DNA of 64,000 bases from Camelus dromedarius (Eukaryota). Position 1 is the first letter of the stretch. Each line of letters starts with the position of its first letter. The notes beneath the pieces are model-generated. The model made no database searches and had not been told where the DNA came from. It saw only the letters and a program-made list of their open reading frames with translations. The position numbers and the translations under genes are program-made. The DNA is taken from positions 14,074,001-14,138,000 of the forward strand of contig NC_087447.1 in NCBI RefSeq assembly GCF_036321535.1. Reading direction: 5' to 3'. Positions 49,471 to 64,000 of this stretch are shown piece after piece.

Positions 49471-51951
49471 AATGGGTCCTTTTTCCCTGAAAGGAGGACC
49501 TGGGAGAGCTTCTCATGAAAGAAGCTCAAGGGCTTTTACTCCGAAGGGATGTATGAAGGAAGGTCTGAGGGGAAAAGGGTCTGGGGTACCATTTTCTGAG
49601 GGATATTTTTTTCCCATGAGAAAGGATTGTCTTCTTCCGTGAAAGGGGGACGGACTTATCTTGTCGGCAGCCTGAGGGGCTTTCAAGGTAGGTGGGGAGG
49701 GTGGTTTGGTCAGAGCTTGAGGGAGGGGGTGATTTGGGAGTGGGGTTTGATGCGGGAAGGTGGGGGGTCTCTGGAATTCCCTTTGACATGGCTGCATCTC
49801 CCCCGTGGATTCCGGAGCTCTGGGTCTGTCCAGTTCTCTGTGCCCTAGTTTTTTCTCTTTGAAGATGATAATTTTGAGCTTCACCTGGACAGAGCTAGGA
49901 ACAGCCATTTCCTTCCCTGGAGCTGTGATGCCCGCCGGACACCCTCTCACCTCTGACCTGCTCTGGGAAAGGGGTTTAGGGAAGGATGGGGGACCAAGGA
50001 TCTGGGAAATGGGCAGTGGTGGGTGAAATGAAAGCTGGGTACTGGACACACAGGAGGACCTTCTGGCACCGGCAGGGTGCACCAGGCTCGGCAGGGAGAT
50101 TGCTGAGGGTAGGGTGAGCAGGTGCCCCTGGACCAAGACTCCCTGGGACAGCAGCAAGGTTAGGAAAAATGGAGATGTTTCCATACTCCCAGAAGACAAC
50201 AATGCTAGTTTTTGGTTGGTTGGTTTTGTTTGGTTTTGCTTTCTTTCCCCTTCACCCTAGATCCCAAAACCCATTCTACTTCTCTCCCCTCCTATTTTTG
50301 CCAAAAGGGAAACTGAGGCAGATGACAGGTTGGCTGGAAATATTCATGTTCAGAAGGGAAAGGTGGTGGAGAGGAAAGCACACTGAACTTGGAGTCAAAA
50401 GACCTCAGTTCAAGGCTTGCCTCAGTGCTTCATGGGTGACCTTGGGCCAAAATGTTTTCTCATACTGGGCCTTGGCTTTCTCCACTATAAAATGGGAGAA
50501 GGGCCACCTGACTTGCAGGTTGGTGTGAGATCAGATGTGCCCAAAGAGCTTTGTGAAAGGGAATGCACCAAATACTGTGAGGTGCAGATGGGCTCCCCAG
50601 CCTCCCTGCCCTCACCAAGGGTACTGGGGAGCCCATGGGGCACCTTTATAATAATGAGAACAGGTACTTCCTCTGGAGGGAGAGAGTGTTCAGCTGGGCT
50701 AGGGACTTGGGGTCTTTTTTATCAGAATTACATAAAGGCGCACGTTCCCCCAGGTGCAGCCATTCCACACAGTTGGGCAAGTAGAACATAGGTTGGACTT
50801 CAGTGCCCACCTCCCCTCAGGTGAACGTCCTCCCCTCAGGTGAACGTCCCTGTTGTGTGCGGTACAGCTGCACAGTTGCACCTGGCAGCCCTTCTCAGCA
50901 GACCCTCAGTGTCTCTAAGAGACATAAAGGTACACACATTCCCAGGGCATTTCCTATAGAAGCCTATGTCCTAAGCTGTTGCTAGCTCATTTTCTTTCCT
51001 GCTTTGCCTCCACTTTGCCTCCAGGGTAGGAGTTACTGAGTCGCTAACCCCTTCTGTCAAGAGCCCGATCAGATAGCTTTTTTCAAGGTTAAGAGCAGAA
51101 GTATCTGCACACCTGGGCGGCACCACTGTCCACAAACCATGTTCACACTTGGTATCTCAGAGCATCCTCAGTGTAAACTTGTGAGGCAGGTGTCCTCCCC
51201 ACTTACACAGAGGGCACCATGCCCAGAGAAAGTAAGGAACTTTCCTAAGATTTCACAGCATGTAAAGGATAGAGCCAGGACCTGAGCCCAGGTTTAGTTG
51301 TCGGTTCCCTCCCCTTCCCCACTACTGAGGAACCAAGCAGCTGACCTCACAGACTTGCCAAAGCCCTTCTGGAATTGTTACCCTCCCTCTCTATCCCCTG
51401 CAGCCCCTGGCTTTCCCTCTCAATGACCAGCCCCCAAGCCCAGAAGACTGAGTCCCTTTCTCTTACTCTGAGTTCATGGTGGGAGGGAACTACCTCAAAG
51501 CCCAACTTTCTGGCCTCTTTAGTGCAAGAAGGGCCCCTGGAGAGTTCAGAGGTTCGGTGTGAGAGCTGACCCCTGACTGAGTGAGAGGGCGGCAAAAGGG
51601 TCAGGGAGCAGCTGTTTCCTTTCCTGCCCAGGTGAGGGCCTAAACAGCAACCATCATGAAGGGTATCAGTATAAAGAGCCAGTTTCCGAGTGAGGGCCGG
51701 TCAAGGACCACAGAATAGGCAGGAAAGCGCAGCAAACCGGAGGCTGAAGGAAATTCAGAGATCTTCTGACCGCCCTCTGTGTTCCCAGGGCCCCTGGGTA
51801 TCAAGGAGATGTGGTAAGCACAGCAAACAGGGCTACAGGCCCCTTCAAACCAGAGCATTTCTGCTTGTATGCATGATATACGTCTGAGCTTTCACTTGAG
51901 AAAGGGGTTCGGTGGTTACAAAAAAAGGAAAAAAATTTCACTAGCCTCATC

Positions 51952-52119
51952 TAATGGTTCCCAAAGTGTGGTGGTCCCTGGACTAGCAGCATCTACATTA
52001 CCTGGGTTCTTGTTAGAAATGCAAATTCTCAGGCTTCCTTCCAGGTGAGGTAGGGGTGGGGCCAAATAATGTGTGTTTTAACAGGCCCTCCAGGTGCTTT
52101 GTAAATTGGAGAGCCACTG
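51952..52119 (+). mobile_element. MER5A hAT-Charlie element in C1QTNF4 intron 1
   Basis: tggttcccaaagtgtgg...ttgttagaaatgcaaattctcagg...gagccactg, with degenerate terminal inverted repeats. Confidence 0.85.
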
Positions 52120-52283
52120 ACCTAGTCCGAGTATGTAGGAAACCAAGTCCTAGTTGTGGGTCAAGGGCTGGGCAGTGAAGGGAACCCATCTCCCAGTCCG
52201 CAGCTCCGGCAGCTCAGGAGATTTGGAGGTCACCCCTGCCCAACCCTCCTATCTTTGCCCTTGTGCCTCCCCTCCCAGGCGCC

Positions 52284-53258
52284 ATGCTGCCGCTCCTGCT
52301 GGGCCTGCTGGGCCCGGCCGCCTCTTGGGCACTGGGCCCGTCAGCGGGCTCGTCAGAGCTACGCTCGGCCTTCTCAGCGGCACGCACCACCCCGCTGGAG
52401 GGAACGTCGGAGATGGCGGTGACCTTCGACAAAGTGTACGTGAACATCGGGGGCGACTTCGACGCGGCCACCGGCCAGTTCCGCTGCCGCGTGCCCGGCG
52501 CCTACTTCTTCTCCTTCACCGCTGGCAAGGCTCCGCACAAGAGCCTGTCGGTGATGCTGGTGCGCAATCGCGACGAGGTGCAGGCGCTGGCCTTCGACGA
52601 GCAGCGGCGCCCCGGCACGCGACGCGCCGCCAGCCAGAGCGCCATGCTGCAGCTCGACTACGGCGACACGGTGTGGCTGCGGCTGCACGGCGCCCCGCAG
52701 TACGCGCTGGGCGCGCCGGGCGCCACCTTCAGCGGCTACCTGGTGTACGCCGACGCCGACGCGCCTGCGCGCGGGCCGCCCGCGCCCCCCGAGCCGCGCT
52801 CGGCCTTCTCGGCAGCGCGCACGCGCAGCCTGGTGGGCTCGGACGCGGGCCCGGGGCCGCGGCACCGGCCGCTCGCCTTCGACACGGAGCTCGTCAACAT
52901 CGGCGGCGACTTCGACGCGGCTGCCGGCGTGTTCCGCTGTCGCCTGCCCGGCGCCTATTTCTTCTCCTTCACACTGGGCAAGCTGCCGCGCAAGACGCTG
53001 TCGGTGAAGCTGATGAAGAACCGCGACGAGGTGCAGGCCATGATTTACGACGACGGCGCGTCGCGGCGCCGCGAGATGCAGAGCCAGAGCGTGATGCTGG
53101 CGCTGCAGCGCGGCGACGCCGTCTGGCTGCTCAGCCATGACCACGACGGCTACGGCGCCTACAGCAACCACGGCAAGTACATCACCTTCTCCGGCTTCCT
53201 GGTGTACCCCGACGTCATCTCCCCCGGCCCGCCCGGCCTCGGGCCCCCGGAGCTCTGA
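52284..53258 (+). CDS. C1QTNF4: C1QTNF4 (CTRP4), secreted protein with two tandem C1q domains, 324 aa, single coding exon
   Basis: Acceptor cctcccag|[26 protein letters not shown] signal peptide followed by two gC1q domains (RSAFSAART...NIGGDFDAA...GAYFFSFT). The ORF-track start at 52263 is an intronic TTG. Confidence 0.97.
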   Translation: MLPLLLGLLGPAASWALGPSAGSSELRSAFSAARTTPLEGTSEMAVTFDKVYVNIGGDFDAATGQFRCRVPGAYFFSFTAGKAPHKSLSVMLVRNRDEVQALAFDEQRRPGTRRAASQSAMLQLDYGDTVWLRLHGAPQYALGAPGATFSGYLVYADADAPARGPPAPPEPRSAFSAARTRSLVGSDAGPGPRHRPLAFDTELVNIGGDFDAAAGVFRCRLPGAYFFSFTLGKLPRKTLSVKLMKNRDEVQAMIYDDGASRRREMQSQSVMLALQRGDAVWLLSHDHDGYGAYSNHGKYITFSGFLVYPDVISPGPPGLGPPEL

Positions 53259-53374
53259 GCCCGGAACCCGAGAGGAGCCCGGGGCGGTCCGGGGGCGTGC
53301 ATGCCGAGGCGGGACCGCGGCCCGAACGCCCCGCCGGCGCGAGCATGAGGGCCCCCCAGCGCGGGTGCTCTGCC

Positions 53375-53380
53375 AATAAA
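53375..53380 (+). terminator. C1QTNF4 poly(A) signal AATAAA
   Basis: Canonical hexamer about 116 nt after the stop codon. Confidence 0.8.
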
Positions 53381-54512
53381 GTGGGCCTGCGCCGGCGCCT
53401 GTTTGCCTGGGTCCTACGCTATGTCTTGACTACGGCGCTTTGTGTCTCGGGTGGGGGTCGGAGGGCAGAGGACAGGGTTTGGTCAGGTCCTGGAAGGACG
53501 AGGGGGTGGGAATTTGATTGACCCCTACTCGCCTAACCCCGTTGTGGGACTCCCTTCATGTTCCTTTCCAGTCAACTCCCTGTTGACCAACAGCATCATT
53601 CTTAGGGCTCGTCTGGTTCCTTTTTGTGACAAAGGACATCACCTCCTGCCTCACTGAGGGGTATGGGATTCAAGGAAACAATATATTTCTTCTTCCAGTG
53701 GGGCTTGTGAATTGGATGAGCAGTTGATTGATACCTGGTTGCCCTGATTCCTGCTCTCCCGGAATGGGGAGGGTGATTTGGTCAGGGCAGGGGTTAAACA
53801 ACTTACTCTGACACAGAAGGACACAGGGCTCCAGGAGGCCAGAAGGAAACATTTTATGGGGTGAGTTACACAGGATCAGGGCTACACCAGCCTGCCTCAG
53901 TCCCCTCCCAGCCTCATTCCCTCCTCTGAGTCTTGTTGAGATGCACCAAAAAACATCTGCTAGGGAAAAGGTAATAGTCCTCCACCTACTTCCCTCCTAT
54001 CCTCCAACAGGCTGAACTAAAAATGTCCAGTCTGTTTAGTCTCTTCTCCTAGCCCAGATGGGGACTTGGAGACTCAGGGACCCCAGAGCCTTGGTTGGGT
54101 TTAAGAGGGTACCTAAAGCAGGACTGGGCACTGAGCACTTGCAACTTCCCTGTAGATTCCACAGGACCTCTCATGGACTGTCAGAGTAAGAGTTGGAGGG
54201 TCTGACCTGGCCTTACTTGGGAGCAACTTCCCTTTCAGCATTTCTTAAACACACTTCTCAACCCTGATCTCAGTACACACACACACACTGCCTGCAAGTC
54301 CTGCCCTTAGGTCTGTGCCTGCTGCCTAAGCCCCAGAGCATGGGCCCAGGAAGGAGATATGAGGGAGGGGTAAGCGGGGTCCTGGGTACAAGCCAAGCCC
54401 AGAGGCCTGAACACAGTGGGAAGAACCAGGTGCCAGATGGAAGCCCCTGCCCAAATGGGTCTGGCTAAGGTGAGGAGTGGGGGGAGGGAGAATGACAGAC
54501 AGAAGGGGAGGG

Positions 54513-54908
54513 TTAGGGCAAGGGGTCAAGGGTAGAGGCCCAGGGCCCCAGAGAAGGGGGTTGGCCCTGCGGGCAGAAGTCCTTGCACAGGTCCCAGAGT
54601 GTTTCCTGTGCCAGGAGGGTGAAGACCTGGGTCCAGCGACCTCGTGCCTCAGCCTCGCTAGCCACGTGGAGCCGGTAGATACAGGACAGGCCTGTGAGGA
54701 GCAGATGTTCAAAGTCCCAGGGGCTAAGAGGAGGTCCCTTCCGCAGGCTCTGGAACTGCTGCAGCTGCCGCTCAGCTCCCTCCAAGTCACTAGGCACGTG
54801 GTGCTGCAGGAGGAGCCTGAGTCGGCGACCTGGACGTGTGGATGCCAGCTCCTCATCCTGGATGTGCAGCTGCCCCATGATATCCAGCTCCAGCCCAGCC
54901 CAGAGCAG
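54513..54908 (-). CDS. FAM180B: FAM180B exon 3
   Basis: ccttgcag|CTGCTCTGG...TAA; 131 aa. Confidence 0.93.
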   Translation of the reverse strand: MLWAGLELDIMGQLHIQDEELASTRPGRRLRLLLQHHVPSDLEGAERQLQQFQSLRKGPPLSPWDFEHLLLTGLSCIYRLHVASEAEARGRWTQVFTLLAQETLWDLCKDFCPQGQPPSLGPWASTLDPLP

Positions 54909-56063
54909 CTGCAAGGGGAGCCACGTAAGGGGTGGGCTGGGCCTAGGGAGCAGGACAGGAAGCAAGAGTGGGCCAGGGTGGGGCATAAGCAGGCAGTAGG
55001 ACCATGCTGGGTTCCCCCTCCCTCCCCCAGCAACCCCAGCTTGAGGCATCCCCCACCCTGACCCGGAGTTTAGGGACCTCTGGACACCCCCACCCCCATG
55101 TCCCAGGCTGGAGGAAAGACCTCAAACATCACTTCCGGGGCCTCTGGCTTCTGCAGGCCACCTCCCACGATGGTGCTGTCCATGGACTGCCCTGGGGCAG
55201 CAGAGAGGAGTCAGGCCCCTGCCAAGCACCACCCTGAACACCCCAGCCTCCCAGAAGTGCCTAGAGGTGCTTAGAGGTTCTTCTATCTAGAAAATAGGAA
55301 TGCCATCCCGTGTCCACCTTCCCCTACACACAAATGCATGTTGACATTCTCTCCCAGGCATAGGTCTTATGATCCCAAAAGCATCATCCCAAACCCAGAT
55401 ACCATCTCAGCAAATGTCCGGGACTCCTCCCTGAACCTCTACAGTTCCCTTAGCCAAGAGTTCCAGGCCAGCGAGTCACAAGACATTTCACTTCCCATCT
55501 TCCCTCCCTATAATCATCTGGGGACAGTGTGACCTAAAACAGTGCCAGTGACCCTCCTCAAAGGTTGAGGATCCCTTTGAGAAAAACCTATTCCTTCCCT
55601 GCTCCTCAGTAAGTGACCGTGTGCAAGGCAGGGAGGCCAGGCAAGGCAGGATGTCTGTTGCAGCTTCCTTCACCCCTCTTGGGGGTGCTGCCTAGCCCTT
55701 GGAATGATTGTCCTAAGCCCGGGGCAAATCAAGAGGTCCTACTTCGCACATCAGCTGGAATAAGCCCAAGGCCCATTGAGAGCACCTAGGGCTATCTCCA
55801 TTCACTTCACCTGGACCTTTCTGGTTCTGGGGTTGGGGCCCACACCATTCCCCACTGAAGCACAGGTCAGCCTGGTACTCATCATGCTCATAGTTCCTAA
55901 ACCCTGCTAGGCTCAAACAGAACCAAGTGTAACTGCTGTCAGCCGACAGCTTTTCTCGGCCCCCATCCACCCCATCTAAAGCCCCGGTACCTGCATGGTG
56001 CTGAGTTGTAGTCACCCCAGGGAGGAGGCAAGTGGCTACCATTAGCCAAGCCAGGAACTGCAT
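54513..56063 (-). CDS. FAM180B: FAM180B, predicted secreted protein, 3 coding exons, 179 aa from ATG 56063
   Basis: complement(join(55991..56063,55121..55191,54513..54908)): MQFLAWLMVATCLLPGVTTTQHHAG|QSMDSTIVGGGLQKPEAPEVMFE|LLWAGLELDIMGQLHIQDEELASTRPGRRLRLLLQHHVP...LDPLP*. An in-frame upstream ATG exists at 56129. Confidence 0.92.
55121..55191 (-). CDS. FAM180B: FAM180B exon 2
   Basis: ccccag|GGCAGT...TTTGAG|gtcttt; 71 nt, phases fit both neighbours. Confidence 0.88.
55991..56063 (-). CDS. FAM180B: FAM180B exon 1 (coding part)
   Basis: ATG CAG TTC...CAT GCA G|gtaccg; signal-peptide-like. Confidence 0.85.
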
Positions 56064-56491
56064 TGTCCTAGCCTTGCCCCAGCAGGTCCTCTGAGTCTTA
56101 CTCTCCCCAGCTGCTTTCTGCTCCTCCATCCGCCTGCCACACACCAGGGCTCCAACTTTCCACTGTAGACAGCTACAGCGTTCCCTGCTTTGCGTCAGTC
56201 TTCAGTGCTCAGCAGGGAGGGGCTGGCTCTGGCTTCCCAGGGGCTCTTTCCATCCCATAGAAATGTGGAATCTTTGGTTGTTGGCAGTAGGAGCCTGGCT
56301 CCGTGCTTGTCAGGCCCTTTGCCTATTCCTGCCCAGATGGGTGGGATGCTGTCAATAGGAAAAAGGTGTTTGGTAGCAAAGAGCACTAGCTTAGCCCTCC
56401 CAAGAGGTAGGAAAGAGCCCAGGAAGTAGTACTACCTTACTATCTGTCCTCACCCCCAAAGCATTCTGCAGCTGAGCCCAGCCCATGACAT

Positions 56492-56541
56492 CCCAGCCCA
56501 GCCCAGCCCAGCCCAGCCCAGCCCAGCCCAGCCCAGCCCAG
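56492..56541 (+). repeat. (CCCAG)10 pentanucleotide repeat
   Basis: Ten perfect units, seen directly. Confidence 0.97.
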
Positions 56542-57325
56542 GCCAGCCTCCAGAGCCCCTCAGTAGCCAAGAGCAACAGCTGCAAAGCCTCTTCCAACTG
56601 CAATGGCGGGTGTGCTGAGCAGACTGTTGACAGGCAGAGCAAAAACTTCCATGTCAGGCATTCAGCCACTGGCTGAACGGACCCCAGACTGGCTGGGGTG
56701 AGAAGTACTGTTCCCTGGCAGGCAGACACACAGATCTGCAGCTCCTGATTGTCTTTGGCCCCAGACTGGGACACTCTTTGTTTGCTTATAGCATTCTCAG
56801 CTCAGGCCAGAGTCCAGGAAGATTCCCTAAGCCCAAGTGTAATGGGCTGTCAGGTTGCAGGGAGCAGGACACAGGGTTCAAAAGAGCTGCAGCTCTTCTT
56901 GGCTTTGGCCCTGGGCTCTTGGAGCCCTGTAGTTGTTTGGATAGGATGAGGATGGGTGGGGGTTGCCCTCGTTCCACCCAGGCCCGAGTCCGTCAGCTGC
57001 CACCAGTCTCCTGTGACCAGGGGCTTTCTCTAGCCGTTGAAGACTGCTCTAACTCTCAGGAGAGGCCATGCCACGCCCATCCTGAGTCCTGTGGACTGTG
57101 AGAACTTTAAATTTCAGATCTAGAATCTCCCTCAGAATATACAGGCCTGTAGGTCACCCTGTCTGCAACTGCGTTATTTAGTCTTATTAAAAAAGGACTC
57201 CCGGTTTGGAAAAGTCTCTCTAACAGAGTCAGCAAACCCCTGCCTGCACTTCCTCCTTCTCCTGAGTCTAAGCTTCACTTCCACTCATGATAAAACACAC
57301 AGGAAGTGGTGAGTTTAAGTAGGAT

Positions 57326-57331
57326 TTTATT
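57326..57331 (-). terminator. NDUFS3 poly(A) signal AATAAA
   Basis: tttatt on the + strand, about 60 nt past the stop codon. Confidence 0.8.
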
Positions 57332-57390
57332 TACAGGGACACTCAATTATAGATAAGGCGCGTTCTAGGACACACATTCCTTCCCTGGAA

Positions 57391-61781
<4,391 letters not shown>

Positions 61782-61928
61782 GATCCCCGGATGCAGACCA
61801 GGCGGCCGAGGCCAATACCGCAGGACGCGGAGCCCCAAGGGCAGGGACCGGAAGCGGAAATGTGCATAGGATCTCCTTCCGGGCGGACGAGGGGCCGGAA
61901 GTAGAGGTTCCGGGTTCCGGGCTTCGGA

Positions 61929-61947
61929 ATGAAAGGAGGGAAGGCAG
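61929..61947 (+). CDS. KBTBD4: KBTBD4 exon 1 (coding part, 19 nt)
   Basis: ggaATGAAAGGAGGGAAGGCAG|gtgaga; phase 1 joins to AC AGC TGG of exon 2. Confidence 0.85.
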
Positions 61948-63498
61948 GTGAGAAAGCGAAGCCAGTAGGTGAGGAAATCATGAGGTGAATGTGTCCTTAG
62001 TTTAGTGTGACAGAGGCTGGAGAGAAGGCGAGGATCCTAAAGAACTGGACTGGTGAGAGGAGGAGAAGCGGCGAGAGTTCTGGGTTCCAAATTCCACACC
62101 CCTCCCCCGCTCCCTAGGCTAAGCTTTTGATGAGGGCCAGCGGGCATGGCTAGGGGGAGGCGGATAGAAGAACGGTTTCCCTGGCTACTGTCTCCCAGGC
62201 GACTCCAAGTGGAGCAAGGACACTGCACGTGGCGATGTGCCTCCTGGGGGGGTGGTCCCATGCTCCGGACGGCTGGGCTGCGTCTCGAGTTCTGGGACGA
62301 AGCCTTGGAGAGTCATTAGGGCGAGCAGGGAAATGCCGGGTAGAGGCTCAGAAAAGAGTAAATGTGGGGCTGGTAGATGTACCAGGCCAAGAGTCGAATT
62401 GGAAGTTCTGGGTTCCATGCGCAGGGGAAGAGGGGTCTGGTCACAAGGACGCGGGGGACTTTTTGTCGCGTTCTGCTGTCCTGAGCCTCACTAGTTTTAT
62501 GCCCGGTAGTTATTTGGTTAGTAAGTCTTTTTGCCAGGCTTTTCAAAGCATAGGCTTCCTCCAACCCCTTGCTTTCACGTATTGACCTAAATACCAAGCC
62601 TTTTGTTACATCATGGAAAGGAGTATTCCATGTTTTCTCAGGGAAGCACCCAGAGTAGGAAATTTTGATTTCATTAGGAATAGGCAGTTACTGCAGGAGA
62701 ATGAACCCAGCTTTGGTTGAAGGAGAACATCATACGTCATTAGCAGGGCCGGGACTGAGGCTAATCTGGGCCCACTGTGCCCTCGCTTTTCTCCTCTCCC
62801 TCCCTGAACTGGACATTTAGATTCATATACTGTGGCTGTGGATTCCTTAAGTTACTCAGAGTGGTGGTGTTTTGCAGACAGCTGGCAGAGAGAGAAGTTG
62901 GCTACTACCATGGAATCACCAGAGGAGCCTGGAGCATCTATGGATGAGAACTACTTTGTGAATTACACTTTCAAAGATCGGTCACACTCAGGCCGTGTGG
63001 CTCAGGGCATCATGAAACTGTGTCTGGAGGAAGAGCTCTTTGCTGACGTCACTATTTCAGTGGAAGGCCGGGAGTTTCAGCTCCACCGATTGGTCCTCTC
63101 AGCTCAGAGCTGCTTCTTCCGGTCCATGTTCACTTCCAACCTGAAGGAGGCCCNNNNNNNNNNNNNNNNNNNNNNNNNNNNNNNNNNNNNNNNNNNNNNN
63201 NNNNNNNNNNNNNNNNNNNNNNNNNNNNNNNNNNNNNNNNNNNNNNNNNNNNNNNNNNNNNNNNNNNNNNNNNNNNNNNNNNNNNNNNNNNNNNNNNNNN
63301 NNNNNNNNNNNNNNNNNNNNNNNNNNNNNNNNNNNNNNNNNNNNNNNNNNNNNNNNNNNNNNNNNNNNNNNNNNNNNNNNNNNNNNNNNNNNNNNNNNNN
63401 NNNNNCCAAGCACTGTGCCAAGGCCCACCTGGCTCAGCTACAGAGCACAGAAGAATTTCTCCACTTGCCCCACCATCTACTCACTGATATCATCTCGG
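61929..63498 (+). CDS. KBTBD4: KBTBD4 (BTB-Kelch CUL3 adaptor), exons 1-2; gene continues beyond the window
   Basis: join(61929..61947,62878..63498): MKGGKA|DSWQREKLATTMESPEEPGASMDENYFVNYTFKDRSHSGRVAQGIMKLCLEEELFADVTISVEGREFQLHRLVLSAQSCFFRSMFTSNLKEA...KHCAKAHLAQLQSTEEFLHLPHHLLTDIIS. BTB domain; donor TCGG|gtaagt. Confidence 0.95.
62878..63498 (+). CDS. KBTBD4: KBTBD4 exon 2 (BTB/BACK), interrupted by an N gap
   Basis: tttgcag|ACAGCT...CTCGG|gtaagt; reading frame is preserved across the gap. Confidence 0.95.
63154..63405. other. N gap (252 nt) inside KBTBD4 exon 2
   Basis: N run whose length is a multiple of 3, so the frame is kept. Confidence 0.95.
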
Positions 63499-63736
63499 GT
63501 AAGTTGGGGGTGGGGCACATCATACCCCACCACACAGGTATGATGTTCAGAGAACATTCTAGTTCAAGAGAAGGGTACCCTCAGGCTTCCTGGCATTAAT
63601 TTACAGTATTATTCTTGATAGGAATTTAGATGCCTTCAGAGACAGAGTCCCTTCTAGAGGAATAAGCCAGGAAAATAAAAGAAACAGCACTTCACAATAT
63701 ATACAAATGTTAAATCAAAAACAAACAAAGTGGAGT

Positions 63737-63890
63737 GGGGGAGGGTATAGCTCAAGTGGTAGAGCGCATGCTTAGCATGCTCAAGGTCCTGCGTTCAATC
63801 CCCAGTACCTCCTCTAGAAATAAATAAATAAATAAAACCCAGTTACCTCCCTCCCTCCCCCCAAAATAAAAATTTTTAATTAAAAAAAAA
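63737..63890 (+). mobile_element. tRNA-Ala-derived camelid SINE in KBTBD4 intron 2
   Basis: ggggagggtatagctcaagtggtagagcgcatgcttagcatgctcaaggtcctgcgttcaatccccagtacctcc plus tail. Confidence 0.92.
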
Positions 63891-64000
63891 ATTGTGACTG
63901 TGTGGTGATGGATGCTAACTAAATTAAAAAAAAAAAAAAAAAGCAGCACTTAGCCACAAAAGGAAGTGAGGAGCTATCTGCATTTATACTCTAATCTCTC

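Noticed and set aside
48750-50202. 163-229-aa ORFs around the C1QTNF4 promoter
   Set aside because: GC-rich, low-complexity translations with no splice or homology support.
52154-53171. 328-aa alternative-frame ORF (+) and 265-aa antisense ORF over C1QTNF4
   Set aside because: These are shadow ORFs expected from extreme GC3. Both have non-ATG track starts and no domain signature.
54326-55061. 235-aa (-) and 194-aa (+) ORFs overlapping FAM180B exon 3
   Set aside because: They are alternative frames of a real GC-rich exon. Only the LLWAGLELD frame matches the protein and the splice phases.
55171-55191. REST/RE1-like motif in FAM180B exon 2 (ggtgctgtccatgg)
   Set aside because: Only one half-site matches, and it lies in coding sequence that explains it.
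63682-63951. L1-3'-like pieces on both sides of the KBTBD4 intronic SINE, in apparently permuted order
   Set aside because: The fragments are too short and too near the window edge to distinguish rearrangement from chance.

Overview
Mammalian genomic DNA, almost certainly camelid, judged from about 12 copies of a tRNA-Ala-derived SINE that I recognise as the camelid Vic-1 type. The window is the orthologue of the human 11p11.2 block in inverted orientation. Gene order: AGBL2 last two exons (+), MTCH2 (+; exons 1-12 visible, exon 13 coding part inside an N gap), C1QTNF4 (+), FAM180B (-), NDUFS3 (-; exon 3 inside an N gap) and KBTBD4 exons 1-2 (+; partly in an N gap), which is head-to-head with NDUFS3. 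Introns and intergenic DNA hold L1, L2, MIR, MaLR/ERVL LTRs, MER33, MER5A and SINEs. Gene identities and human comparisons come from my recall of the human proteins, not from a database search. I found no convincing new multi-gene system. The best leads are: a candidate 3-nt microexon plus alternative terminal exon downstream of MTCH2; an unidentified poly(A)-tailed retro-insertion in MTCH2 intron 3; inverted SINE pairs bracketing an in-frame three-exon MTCH2 block (possible circRNA); all three N gaps falling on coding exons; and apparent start-codon changes in FAM180B and KBTBD4.
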